A DNA stretch of 59,601 nt from Bigelowiella natans CCMP2755. Its lineage: Eukaryota; Protista; Cercozoa. This document shows positions 11,942 to 25,535 of the stretch, piece by piece (position 1 is the first letter of the stretch; every line of letters begins with the position of its first letter). Below the pieces are notes generated by a model. It was given only the letters and a program-made list of their open reading frames with translations. It was not told the DNA's origin and did no database searches. The position numbers were made by a program, and so were the translations under genes. The DNA is taken from contig ADNK01001597.1 of NCBI GenBank assembly GCA_000320545.1, positions 1 to 59,601 of the forward strand, read 5' to 3'.

Positions 11942-12435
11942 ACTGTGAGCTTTTCACGTTGCCATGTCGCTCCATGACTTTTTGAGGTTTTTCCGCCATG
12001 AGCTTTTCACTTCGCCACGTCGCTCGTGCTGGAGTGTGACACACGGGTTCCCTGAGAGCACCCCACCGTGACACACTGTCGCCTTGCTCCACGTCCGGGC
12101 AATGCGATGTCCGGGATGTGCACGGTGCTGCTTTTTCGGGCCACACGTCGGTGCCTTTTCGTGGTCATGCGGAGGTCTGCTGCACTGGCCATGCGTGTGT
12201 CATCGGGTTGCGTGTGCAGCTCGATGTGACTTTGAGCCACACACCTGAACCGACAGTGCGACACACCTCCCTGCTGTTGCCAGTCTGCGACAATGTGCAC
12301 GGGGCAAACACCGACAAATTCCGTCTTGGTTTCGCATTTTTTCAACATCCTTTTGGCTGAGAAGCCAAAGAGCTTCCCGCCCAACGCCAGTTGCACCTTT
12401 GATTCCCACCTGGTTTTGTCCTTGGAATGGCAAAT

Positions 12436-12771
12436 ATGATCATGTCGCAACTGAAAATCCCCTGTGGAACTACCACTCTGTCCTCGGAGAATGGCATGAA
12501 CGGGGAAAGGGCTCTATCTGGCCGCAAGCGTGGACACTCCACCAACGATGAAAGCGCAGCTAGAAACAATGGCGACGGAAATGCTCGCGAGGAGGGCGGC
12601 CCAGACATGCCGACGGGTGGCTTGCGTTGGAGAGTGACCTACTCAGAGGGAGCTGTCATTCGCAGCAAGCCTGTGAACAAGGACGAATCCATCATAGGAG
12701 TGGCAAAAGAAGGAGAGGTTGTCTCCTCACCCTGCATTCTTTCTTTGCCTTGCCTTTGTCATCGTTTCCTG

Positions 12772-12849
<78 letters not shown>

Positions 12850-13835
12850 TGCTTCAGGAGCTTGTGGAAGAAAAGCGGAGCGGAGATTGGGTAAAGCATG
12901 AATTTGGCTGGACACTGATCCGGGTAGTGATCAAAGGGAAAGGTAAAAACTTACAACTACTATTTATGATGCATCCCTAAAGTTCTTCTTCTTCTTCTTC
13001 TTCTTCTTCTTCTTCTTCTTCTTCTTCTTCTTCCGTGTATCAGCCTTAACAATATTGACCCCCGTGAACATGGAACAAGGCAAGGGGTCAACATCCTCTT
13101 CGATTTCCAATGAGAATAAGAAGCAACAGCAAGACGCCTCTACGAAGGTCGAAAAGGCCATTAATGTTGAGAAAGGGAAGCAACAAAAGAAGCTGAGTGA
13201 ATCTAAGGGAGAAAGGGAAATTATAGATATAACACTAACCCCCCCACGGAAGAAAGAAAATGACATAGAAACCCCACCTCGGTCTAATCCTGAGCATGCG
13301 GCACTGAAAAAGGCTTCTGACCAGGAGCAGATTGAAGTGAAGCGACCTGTTAGTCCTGTTGCTGAGAACCACCCTGAAGTGGCATCCTCATTTCAGACCT
13401 CACGATCATCATCATCATCATCATCATCATTATCATCATCATCAAAAGCATTGGCCTTTTTCAAGGCGCAAGGCAACATCGCTGCCGAGAAGAGAAATGA
13501 GGAAAAATCACGGCAGCAGAGTCTTCATGCGAAGCAGCAGCAGCAGCAGCAATTTCAATCCTCCTCATCATCATCATCGGTATTATCATTAAAAGAATCG
13601 AGCTTCTCGAAGCATTATTACGAGAAGATCAAAACGCCAAACAATCTCCGGAAGATTCAGGCCGCATTGGGGATTACAGTGCATACTAGCACCGACAGCA
13701 GCGCCTTGGTCACAGAGCAACCGGATGATAGTAGGGATGGTGGGAAATCTAATCATGGGGAAGAAATGGGTAGTAGCAGTTGTAGTTCCCCTTCATTCAT
13801 TTTTGCATACAATCGATTATAGTATACGCATATAT

Positions 13836-13913
<78 letters not shown>

Positions 13914-16900
13914 ATGTGTGTGTTTGCGTGTGTGTTGCATGCTTATAATTATATCATTATTTTTTAAAAAATCGTGTATTGTATGCTTCAAATCTTGGCA
14001 ATATGTGTGGGTGTTGAGCGGGCGTGTTCGTGCAATCTTGTTACTTACATCTTTTCTTCCACTACTTCTCGAGTATATCATCCGAGTCCGCTATCACCAC
14101 CTGTCACTCTTTAATTTTCTACTTCTTTTTGCTCATTCGACATCAGAACGGGAACGCAATAATGATACTGCAGCAGGCCAGGCTGATGGAAAAGAGCCTA
14201 CTTTTAAACCAAACCCCCCGATTTTCCGGGGTTCAGCGCAAACAGACGAGCAGCACGGAGACTCCTCCGACTCTGATTCTTCCACTGGAAATGATAATAA
14301 TAATGACAACTCTGGAGAGGAGGTGGAGAAGGCCTTCAAGAAGTTTCCGCAGTGCCTAAACTGCGACAGAGTCTTCCGAAACCTTTTCGAGGCGGACGCC
14401 CACATAAGAACCGACATTCACTGCGCAAAGCGTCCCATTTGCCGCTGCCTGAGGAAGTTTGATTCCTTCGAGGAGCTCGAGCGCCATGTGACTGAGATGA
14501 AGAAATCTCAACCCCAATACCACGCTCACTACGGAATCAAAAAATGTTGGCGTACCCCCATTTTCCCTCCATGCGACCACATCAGCAGCAGCAGCAATAG
14601 CAGCGTCAGCAGTCATAGCGACGTTGCCGAAGCCCCCCCCAGCAGCAATGGCAGCGTCAGCAGCAATGGCGACGCTGCCGAAGCCCCCCCCCCAAAGAAA
14701 CTTCGCAAACGCCAGTCAAAGAGACTTCGTGGACGACATGATGATAAGAGCGAATCGTCTCGACGGCCTGCTAGCCTGTCTAAGGAGGAGGAGGAAACGG
14801 AAAGAGTGAATAAAGCAGGAATAGAGAAAGCGCAACAGGACTACACTCAGTTCTTCATCCGGCAGGAACCTGCTAGGACCAGCACCAGAAGCAGCAGCAG
14901 CAGTGCTTCTCCCGACTATTATGATTTGGTTCTAAAGAAAATATCCTTAAAGCAAGCTCAGGGTGTCGCAGCGGCAATAACCCACTTCCAGGAAGGTAAA
15001 ATCAAGCGAATCAGTATTTCCGGTGGTACTGGGGAGGGCAAGCTCGGCACCGAGAGCGCAAAGATCATAGCTGAGGCCTTTAAGGCTCCTTCCTGCACAG
15101 AACTTAAGCACCTCGAGATTACTGAGTCCTCTCTCCGGTATGGCGTCATCGAGATCTTGAAAAGCGTCCGTCACCTCGCCCTCGAGTCGTTGAGTCTCGA
15201 TCAAAACCTCCTCGAGACCCCAATCCAATTACATATCGTCCACTTCCTCGATAACATGCCGTCACTGCGTGAGCTGAGCATTCAGAGAAACTCCTTCCAA
15301 GACGACGCGGCCGAGGCGATCTTCGAGGCTGGCATTCGGCACCCGAGGCTCTCCATCCTTCACATCCATGAGAACCATGTGAAACTCAAGACCCAAAAAA
15401 AATTAGAGAAGAGATTTTACTCGAAAGAGCGATTAGATAAGGTGCGGGCTGCTTGCGGTGGTAGTACTGATGGTAGTACTGATGCCCCCCCCGGTCGGAC
15501 CCGATCGAAGAGACTTCGGTCCAAGAGACCACTTCCTCCTGTAAAAAGACAAAATCGAGGGGGGGGCGAAGGAGGAGGGGAACCGAGCAAAAAGCGCATT
15601 GCCCTAGTAAGGAAACCCTCTCCCGTGCCACCGCCAGCGATTGAAACGACGGCTGAAGAAGCTGGCGACGACACATCGTTGGACGAAGCCAATAGTTCCG
15701 ACGAAACCGACGACGACGACGACGACGACGGAGAGGAAGAAGAAGTTTCATATTCCCGCGACCTCATGCAAATAGAGGAGTTCCTACCGAGCTACCCTCT
15801 AGGGTTTGTCGTACGATCGATATCCTCTGCGACGCATTTAGGCTGTCGGATCGGGAGGATAATCGCTCTTTACGCAAGAAAATGGCCAAACCAAGACGAC
15901 AGACTGCTCTGGGCTCTCGATGCGGTGCAGGCAGCGCTGCAGTGCTTTGTCGATTGTGACCCCATATTTCGTAAGATCTTTTTCGAGGATCCAAGACGAC
16001 GTGATGATGATTCAGCAGCAGCAGCAGGAGGAGGAGGAGGAAGAGGAGGAGGAGGCAGTGGCGAGGGGGGAAATGAAGGAGAGAAAGATGGTAAGATCAT
16101 CGGTTTGAAATCGATCCAAATGCGCATTAAGAGGGGTGGGTACACGTCGTACCGTGAGGTCCTGAGCGACGTGGAGAGGACCTTCGATGGCTATAAGTTA
16201 TACGCACCCGTAAGTCAGGAGGAAGGGCTGAATCTGGAGAAGCAGGCGATTCGAGTCAGAAGCATATGGCTCTCAACCCTCAGAATGCTTTTCAACGACG
16301 GCACAAATGATGATGATAGTGATGAGGATGGTGATGATGAGGAGGAGGAGGAGGAGAGGCTGAATCCATCATTATCACCGCCATTTGCTTCATTGCGTCC
16401 TCCCCCTGGGGGGGGGAGGGCTGCCAGGTCGCACTCCCTCCGATCCATACTATGGCACCTCGTGCAGGAGAAGGAGATCAACCATTTCATGGAAGAGTCT
16501 GAGACGCTCGTAGAACAGAAAAGTGCCGAGGACGAGGAAGTCGAGGACGAGGAAGTCGGAAAAAGGAGGCCAGAGGCCATCTACGGCGAGGCTATAAGGA
16601 GGCCGGTCGCTCTCCCCGATCTCGAACGAATGCTAAATGATGACGAGGAAGATCTTGAGGTCTTTGCTGAGACTGCACGCTCAATATTCATCAACGGATT
16701 GACCTTCAGCAGTCATACCCAAGTGGGGATCACCTGTAGACACATGTTTTGTGTGTTAGAGGTGGAACTTGCCCGACTTGGCGGTGGCCGGGTAGTTATA
16801 GCCCCGGCCTCGCTTCCCGACTCTTTGGCCCAATCCACTTTCACGTTTGTGCGCAGGTATGAAATGAGAAGACAGGGGATGGGGCCTGGAATAACGAGGA

Positions 16901-18004
16901 TGCAGGTTGACAAGCACACAGTGCGGAGCGCAGCTAGGAAACTCTCGGCGCGGAATAAAAGGGGGAGAAGAGACGAAGCACAGCCGCAACAACGGCTGGC
17001 TTCAGAAAGCGGTGTAATCGAGCAAAACAAACATACCAAACCAGGGGTAGACGCATTAAAAATACGTAAAGAGCGGATGGAAGAACTCCTCGGGCAATGG
17101 AGGAGTCATGGCATACGAAGGAGGCGTGTACATGAAAATCTAAGGGGCTCTGGGGCGTTAGACCCGCAAGCCGCACAATGCGAGGGACTGGATTATGATG
17201 AAGGTGGCGAGGGCAGGGGCACAGCGCAAACGGAAAATAAGGAGGGGTCGGCAGGGGGGGGGGGGCGATAGAGAGCCCAACTCGTTGGTAGTTGACGACA
17301 TGGAAACCAACCAAGACAACGAAGAGCAACGCCGGCGGATAATCGACTTTATATGCCAAGCCTCTGCGCATTATGGAGATATCAAGCATCCAGACGTTCT
17401 CCGAGACACATGTCACAAGTTCAAGATTACTGAAGCTTTAGGGAAAGAGCTCATCTCTTTGGTCATGAGCGGGGAAATAGCTCCCTTTGGCCGCAGGCAT
17501 GGGCGCTCCACTAAAGATGAAAGCGCAGCTGGAAGTAATGGCGACGAAAATGCTCGCGAGGGGGGGGGGGGGGGGCGCAGGGCCGCGGAGGGAAAGGAGG
17601 GACAGGGAAAGGGGGGGCGGGAGAAGGAACGGAGGACGGCGGTGAAAAGGAGGAGGGCCGAAAACGAGGAGGAGGTATGGGGGGAGGGGGAGAGCAGGGC
17701 AATAACGAAGAGTAGGAAAATAGAAAATGAAAAGCCCTCTAGTAGTAGTAGTAGTAGTGGTGGTGGTGGCGGTGTGTCTCCCAGTCCTCCTGCTCCTCCA
17801 GTTCTTGCGAGATTGATGGATCAGATTGGAAGGATAGAAAATCCGAAGGCCCAGTTTCTCCTTGAAATATTTACGGAGATAAGCAGTAAGGAATACGACT
17901 GGTTGGACGATTTGGACGATTTGGACGATAATCATTGGCCTGAATTGGATCCTTTCCTCAAAATGATACAGTTATACAGAAAATCGCGCGATATGAAAAA
18001 ATGA
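12436..18004 (+). CDS. Large multi-domain protein: SH3b-like N-terminus, C2H2-like zinc fingers, RNI-like LRRs, two degenerate bromodomain-like segments
   Basis: WRVTYSEGAVIRSKP..GDWVK..GW (SH3b-like); CLNCDRVF...HIRTDIH; LESLSLDQNLL/LRELSIQRNSF/LSILHIHENHV (LRR); IKRGGYTSYREVLSDVERTFDGYKLY and YGEAIRRPVAL...FAETARSIFINGLTF (bromo-like). The ~3.1-kb exon joins the 17195-18004 frame across a G-run at ~17254-17265. Confidence 0.65.
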
Positions 18005-18567
18005 CAAGAATTATGAACCAAGCTTCACTAATTTTATAACAATACATTGAAAATTGCTATAAGCCGTGCTAGGGAGTTTCATCATCATCATGATGCAACG
18101 TATGGACGCCTATTTGGAACATTCGTTCGCTCTGTCATCATTGCGCGTTTTGTTGCGAGACATGTGCCCAGGTGCCAAAGTTCAGCCCATGTTTGTGCGT
18201 ATCGACATGTGTACGTACATGATGATCTCAGCTTGCATTGTCCGTTACTAGTGCATACTGCATACGCAGCACAACTATGCGATAACGTATAACACGTCTA
18301 GACGTGTTTGCTGCTTATACAACAGGCCTCGATTTTGCAGCAAACTATGTCACTATGTCTATACTACAACGACTGTGGTCGAAATGGATGTGTCAGTCGA
18401 TCTGCTCGATCACTGCGCATACGGGCGTGCATGCCACACATGTCGTGCGCACTATAGCGCATATTGAATCTCGTAGTAGGCACTTCTAGTTATCTAGGCT
18501 TCTAGTTAGCGATTTCAATTAGGCGATGATCTTTCTCTGCTGGATGCATGCGGATATAATGTGCGTA

Positions 18568-19830
18568 TCATTTATTGGTGAAGTTGAGGTTGTTGTAAAA
18601 GTCTTTGCTAGTGTCTCTTCCAAACCACCTATCCTTTTCGGCTTCGGTCATCTCATCTAGCCGGTCTCGTGCAAGCTTGGTCCAGTCCTTCGCAAGTTGT
18701 CTGTCACACGCAGGCATGGCATCAGTACTTGAAATAAACGCTAACTCTTGTTGGTGAGTCTTGTCTCCAAGGTTCGAAAGGAATTTTGGCATGCATGTAC
18801 CATCGGCAGCAAAAACACGATGAGGTCAACAGCGGCGTGAAAACCGGTTGCCACCACTTTGAAACTCGCCATCGATCTTGCTTGCACTACTAGTTGCTAT
18901 GCGCTCATCATGCTGAGGGCACTCACTTGTCGCCGAGGATGTCAGCGTACTGCCCTTCCGTAAGATACACGAGGGCCTTATCCATGAGAGCTGCTGTTCT
19001 CTCAAGCAGCTTGGGGCTGAACACGGAGAAGGGGTGGAACCGAAGTAGGTTATAGTCTTTGATGATCTCGACCATGTCCTCCGCGAAAAGCCTGATAAAT
19101 CACCAGTCTCATCATGGCAGATATTATGAGAATAGAGGCTACCCCGCGATCCCCCCCACCGATGCATATCGGCATTTGGTTGGTTGCTTCCTATTCTTCG
19201 CAAGCGACGCGACAACGGCGACAACTAGCGGCCGCATGATAGCATTGCAATTTTGGCCCCTTCATCGCAAAGACAACGCACCTGTGCCGCTCAAGAGAAC
19301 CGATCTCCTTATCTACTTCGGGGAGCAGACGCTCGAGCTCCTCCAGAGTGAAATAGACCGAGTAGTCGTGAGGCAAACTCTCGTTGCGCTTCTCGGAAAG
19401 CTTTATCAGATCTAAGGGGACATGGTGGCAATGTAATGGTGGTGGTGGTGGTGGTGATGATGATGATGATACACGCCCTGGATAAATCACGCAAATTGTG
19501 TTGGGTTATTGCTTACAACTCATCTCTATCTCGGTGTACAGCGTCGACGAGAAAGACATACGAATTAGGATGAAGATAACCGACCAAATTTAGTGAGCAA
19601 GTTGATGTGCGGAAGAGCTATATGAAGCATCGTGGACAACGTAACACAGAGAGCCGTAATGTAGTGCGACGCGGTCCGTGCATGTATGGAGTCGAGCTAA
19701 GGAGCAACATCCAATCGTCGCCAACATTTAGTGGCATTAACGATGATATAAAACATGATAGTAAGGAAGTGGCCAAGGCTCCTGTTTTTTTAATCTCAGG
19801 CATTATTGCACCACTATATAAATAGTTAAG

Positions 19831-19908
<78 letters not shown>

Positions 19909-20132
19909 GAGGGAATCGAAAACCAAAATTCTAACCCAAATAATGCAGCACAGGCAGCACTTTCAAGAGAAACAAAAGAATTTCTTAGAATAGAATGCTC
20001 GCATCAAAACAACAACAAGAAGAACAACAATCGCTCATACCATATTCACTGCCACTAGGCGTATGTTCCAATCATCGACAATCGTGCGGCAGATATTCTT
20101 GCTGTCAAGAGCAGTAAGAACACTTATACCAC

Positions 20133-20179
<47 letters not shown>

Positions 20180-20258
20180 GATATACTTGTAAAAATGTGC
20201 CTGTGAATATGCTCAATGCTGCTACTCACAGTAGTATCACGTCTCTCCCATACTCTCC

Positions 20259-20316
<58 letters not shown>

Positions 20317-20829
20317 ATGTGCTCTGACTCTCTACGATGTATATACACTAAACGCTGAGATCTCTATCCCCAAATGCTGTTGGACAGCAATCACGGCAAC
20401 TATTTCATGGGGTTCTATGCTATTTGCTGTACCAGCTGTCGTGCATGACGTAAAGCTCAATCTGACCGGGAAAGTCGAAGAGAAGGTATTTCCCCTAATG
20501 AGCAAGAGCAACCGACACCACAGGGACAACGAGGAGGAGAAACGTGTGAGATGATACGTTTAATAATGAAAAATGGTGACTCAATTTGAGAGAACAAATG
20601 CCTCATCATACGTGAAGTCCAGCGACTTTTTGCCTGAGCCACTCTATGTTAGCTTCGATGTACTCCATACAGAACACCAAAGCGCCGTTAGGCCCGAGAC
20701 TAGACAGAAACCAGTAGTAGTAGTAGTAGCAGTAATATCTTAGTTTCTACGTGTCACAGACGATACTAATCAGTATTGTTTGGTAGTGGTTAATGGAGCG
20801 AGCGTAGAAAATTACATATTGCGTGCATA

Positions 20830-20910
<81 letters not shown>

Positions 20911-21417
20911 CTTTGTATTTCTACACGATATGATAGTAATCCTACCCCATTGTTTTCATGACTTCGGCCATGGAAACAAGCTCCATAACGTCCACGTCAC
21001 ACTCATACGGAAACTGCCAACCATTGAGACAACGACGCGGCGATGAGACGATGTTGAACCGAAAGGCGATCGAAGGATGGAAAAACAATGTTGGTGTTTG
21101 ATAAGATAGACAACGATGACGGAGGTTTAGAAGTCATCACCAACTCATTGCCGGGGTCCATGTTTATAATCGCACATGGCCTTCCTAGACTCTCCAAAAA
21201 GTCGCGCATAGCACGGCAGTAAGTACTCTTTCCAGCCCCAGCGGTTCCTTCAGTATCATAGTCACCGTGTTCATGTCTGTCTATTGTGCGTACGTGCATA
21301 TAAATAATACTCGATCTCTTAATAAAAATACCGATAACAGCTTGACCGAATGCAGGAGGGAGCTCAGAGATCGAGCTGATAGTAGACTCCATTTTCTTAG
21401 ATGGAATCCTCGCAGCT

Positions 21418-21449
<32 letters not shown>

Positions 21450-21494
21450 TTTATCCTTCTGATGGTGGTGGTGTTGATGATGCGCAGCACCCAT
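18568..21494 (-). CDS. GPN2: GPN-loop GTPase 2, multi-exon
   Basis: FGQAVIG|[77 protein letters not shown]. Confidence 0.88.
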
Positions 21495-23430
21495 GGTGCT
21501 AGTCGTCTGGGGAGATCCATTACTGTTTTCCGCCAGTCCTGTACAAATAACATTTGGCGTTGAGTGTAATTGTCAGATCGACGAAAATCGGAGACAGTGA
21601 CGAGGTTGTCCCGACCTGCGCGGAGACCGAAGATGGCCGCTCTCGAACAACTGCTGCTGCGTCCACCAGAAGAATCAAAAAGGAAAAATACTAGAGCAAC
21701 GCATGCGACCATCTTCCTCGCGCTGAACGTGTACATGGTGAATTTGGACACGCCATGGATAGGAGAGGGCAGGTCCATGATCGTTGATTCGTCCATGCAG
21801 AAGCTCCTTATTGGAGAAAGCCGCTGGTTAGTCTTGAGTAATCTTGTTTTTGAAGTATGTAGCCCCCTTCATTCCTTGTTGCTCCCTCCATGCTTTTCAC
21901 GAGCAGCGTTTCGAGTCATCATCTGGGGGCGCTCCACAGATGCTAATCGGCACCACTTCCCAGGACACGGAACGGTAAATCGAGGAAGAATTCCAAGGGA
22001 CAAACATGGGATTTATTTGCTGCGACAACAAATTTGTGCCATTTTTCATGTTGCGTTTCGCATGCCGTTGCGCACAAGAAAACCTGTTCTCCTAGAACTT
22101 TGAAGCACCTCGCTCCGATGAGCCCAAGTTCATCTCTGGAATCAATCACTGCATTCATCCATTCATTCATTCATTGGACTCACTTCTGATGCTCTCACCC
22201 GCGTCTTTGAAACTGCTTCATCACTCACTCACTCGACCGCGCGTCTGATGGTCCTTTCGGCTGCGCCGTTTGGAAGCACTTTGTTCGCTCGATCGTTGAC
22301 GATCGACGTTGCTCGTCCGTCTCGATCTGGCTTGTTTTGCACCTCCAAACACACCCTGCCCACCCTCCCATCCAAAATCCATCCAAAATCCATTCACCAG
22401 CGGCCGAAGTGTAGGCTCACGTGTTGACCTCCTTTGATGTTCCCCTCCACGCGATGTAGCTGTCACACAACTAGACAACTCCAGAACTCGTGGTCAGCAA
22501 GTTTGCCCCATCTCGCTCATCGCCGCTTTCGCCTGTGTGCCTGCCTTGTTTTTTGCTGGAGTTTCATGGTTGTGCCATCGTCAAGGTGCTTTCGATGGTT
22601 TTTCCGCTGGTCACCTCACTCAATTGATCCAGCTCACTTTCTGCTCCATCGGACTAGCGGAGGGCGGTGGGGCGCGGCCATTCGCCCTGACTCCTGCTGG
22701 CCTGGCGCCGCCCGCCAGCTTGGCAAGAACACGTGCAGCCAACAACACAATGTGTCCATGGCTTTGTGAGAGCTGAGCAATGGATCGTGATTGGAATGAG
22801 TCACCTGCGACCCACACCACGCCATGGCACGATCACGCTGACGGATTTTGGTTCGACAAATCTTGAAACGCGCTTGCGCAGCTTGTCTCAGCATGCTAGC
22901 ATGGACTAGTATGGTTGTCTAACAGTGTCTAGTTGCCATGATGTGCATTAGTGCAGCGCAACCTAGCTACCTAGCAACGTGCGCATCTCATGACAGCGCA
23001 AGCAGTGCGTGCTGCGTGACAATGGACATTGGATGGGCATGATTGCTGTTTGTGAGCGCTACTAGGGCGACACATCAAGTTCATCGGATGGCGCGTGCCA
23101 CGACCGCCTTTGCACATGTAACATGCATCTATAAACCGATGTTTGTTTCTCTGGTCTGATGTTCATGCAAAATTTCGTGCACGTGATATAGATCACACCT
23201 ACTTTGTGAGCGGGTATACGGGGCTAAAAATGTGCACACAAAGACGTGTCGCAACTCGCTGCGGCATAATCATAGGGAGTGAAAGAACACATGTAATCAT
23301 CAAACTCTGTATCAGTTTTACTTTTATTATGATGACTAATGGGTGGGCCACATGCTCATCAAGAAATTAGAATCTCAAGTGGAAATACGTGGTCGTATGA
23401 AATGAATGGACTCAGAGACGCTTTTTAGAA

Positions 23431-24182
23431 TTAAGCTGGGACTGCCTCCAACAAACGAGAGAAATAGAAATTCGTTGCCGTCATCTCCCTTCTCACAACC
23501 TGGTGTGTAAACAAGATTCTCACATTTGATAGCATGAACTACAACCAACCACATCAGAATTCAGGAGGAAGAGGATCGTAGAATCCCGCGAAGAATTCAC
23601 TGCGCTCGTTTGTGGTGAAGCATATTATATCTTACTTTCCATCCTGCCTCGTTAAGGGCACGTTCGACATCCTCCTCGGCATGAAGATAAGCACGCGTGG
23701 CCTTTGATGGGCCTGGAAACAACTCGCCAATACGCTTCAAAGTCGAGTAATAGCTGCAGCGACACATATAACGAAATAAGGTCAGCATAATAATAATAAA
23801 CTAAATGCTAACCCATGAACCAATGGGGCTATACTTCTATATCAACACCCCTTCCCCCTTCCCTCTTCCTCAGAAAAGCTATTCATCTTAAATGCCTGAC
23901 AAGGTCTTTGGAGCAAAGCTGATGATGAGGCGCTTGTTCGCCAGAGAAGCAAGGTGCTTCACCATGGAGTTGGCCTGTAGTAGTGAACATGTAAAGCGCA
24001 ATCATAAGGGAAACACAGTAACCGACGGGTATCATACACAACTATGCTGACTCTCTAATCTACAACCTTGTTATCAGGATAGTGGATCATCACGTCGAGG
24101 CAAGTAACAACATCGTACTTCCCCTCGATTTCTTCCAGATTTTTGGCTTCGAATCTGCAGTGGTAAATAAACGAGTGAGTTA

Positions 24183-24231
<49 letters not shown>

Positions 24232-25498
24232 GAACAACAGTGATGGGCGATCTGTGGGATGCGAACAATACCCAACGTCGGAAAAGTCGGAGCGTTAGAC
24301 GAAATTGTTACAAATTTACTTTGGCTCTATTGCTGTTGTGACTCCTTTTGCTGCAGCGTCTTCGTATCTATTGGAAAAGACGATAAGGAACATGCGATTG
24401 GGAAGAAGCAACAATTTACGTATAGAAGCAGCTCTTCTTTTAAACGACTTGCAATGTTTCCCCCTTCTTCTTCTCCCCCCTTCCTTCCACACGCCAACTT
24501 CAAACCCCTTCTATAGCCGATGCTACACCTGCTCTTAGCTTCTTTGGTCATCTCTACCGCGATGTCGCTAGCGCTAACCTACGAATTGAATTGTAATTTC
24601 ACTTTGAGGAAGTATCAGCTCCCTTCGGAAGATATTTCCAGAACATCTCACTATCCTCCCGCGAAAATATGAACGTACCTCTGCCCCCTTGAGAGCGAGG
24701 GGGATTGTAAGACTTCCGGTCCCACACCCAGCATCGCACACGCTCTTGCCCTGAACTCCACCATCCATCTCGAGCCAGTTAAGCACCTATGGTGAAGACA
24801 GGGAACATGGAACGTCGAGGTGTGCATGTTGGCGCGGTTCCGCCGTATCAGGTGACGCATTTTTCGTGTAATTCTTTACAATCACCTTGTCTACTGTTAC
24901 AGCGTGGCCATCGCGGATGTCCAATTGAACCTGTTCGCCCAAAAATCATGGAAAGAACCAGGATGAAACTCAGGTCTACACTTATTCCGCAGCAACTACT
25001 ACTCTGATGAGCGTTCAGAAGATAACTATTTGTTGATTTCGGACCTTGTTAACTTCATCAGTCTCCCCATAGATCTTTCTCCATCTGGTCCATATCATTG
25101 GGTGGGTTATGATTTATCCCCTCTATAGTGCTCACGGTATTGTATTTACCTCTCAAAGCCTTCCCCGTTAAAGTAGTTCGCAACGGATTGCATCTCATCA
25201 CCTCCGGCAGCCTAGTAATGATATAGGGGGTGTTCATTTTCGCGTGGGTGAATTCATTGTTGACTGCGACTCACTGCTGTCATTTCCTGTCGGCGCTTTT
25301 CCGGGTCAAGGAACTGAACGGCAAGGAGTCCTGATAAGGGAAGAAACGAAGTATATCACGTGTTTGTTAACCGATCACTAGGGATGGCATACCTGCGATG
25401 GCGAGAGGCACGCCCTGTGTTATAACAGTAGTTCCCAGATCCATTTCGCTCACCTGGTTGGCCATAATTGAACTTAAAAAACGATAGCCACTCTCTCC

Positions 25499-25535
<37 letters not shown>

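Larger units (their letters stand above)
7887..12434. other. TpA-depleted decayed repeat island containing a nested LTR element
   Basis: About 8 TA dinucleotides in about 4.5 kb by eye, all in CTAG. Many overlapping spurious Cys/His-rich, Tyr-free ORFs because TAA/TAG stops are missing. Confidence 0.9.

Noticed and set aside
7910-12450. Dense overlapping ORFs in all six frames, up to 507 aa
   Set aside because: A by-product of TAA/TAG loss. They are Tyr-free and Cys/His-rich, and only the TE remnants show homology.
17250-17271. Programmed frameshift or pseudogene in the large gene
   Set aside because: The frame change falls in a ~12-G homopolymer and is most likely a sequencing or assembly indel.
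21570-22103. ORF divergent from GPN2 (MAALEQLLLRPPEE...)
   Set aside because: No recognisable motif and it runs into the TA-depleted island; cannot be supported.
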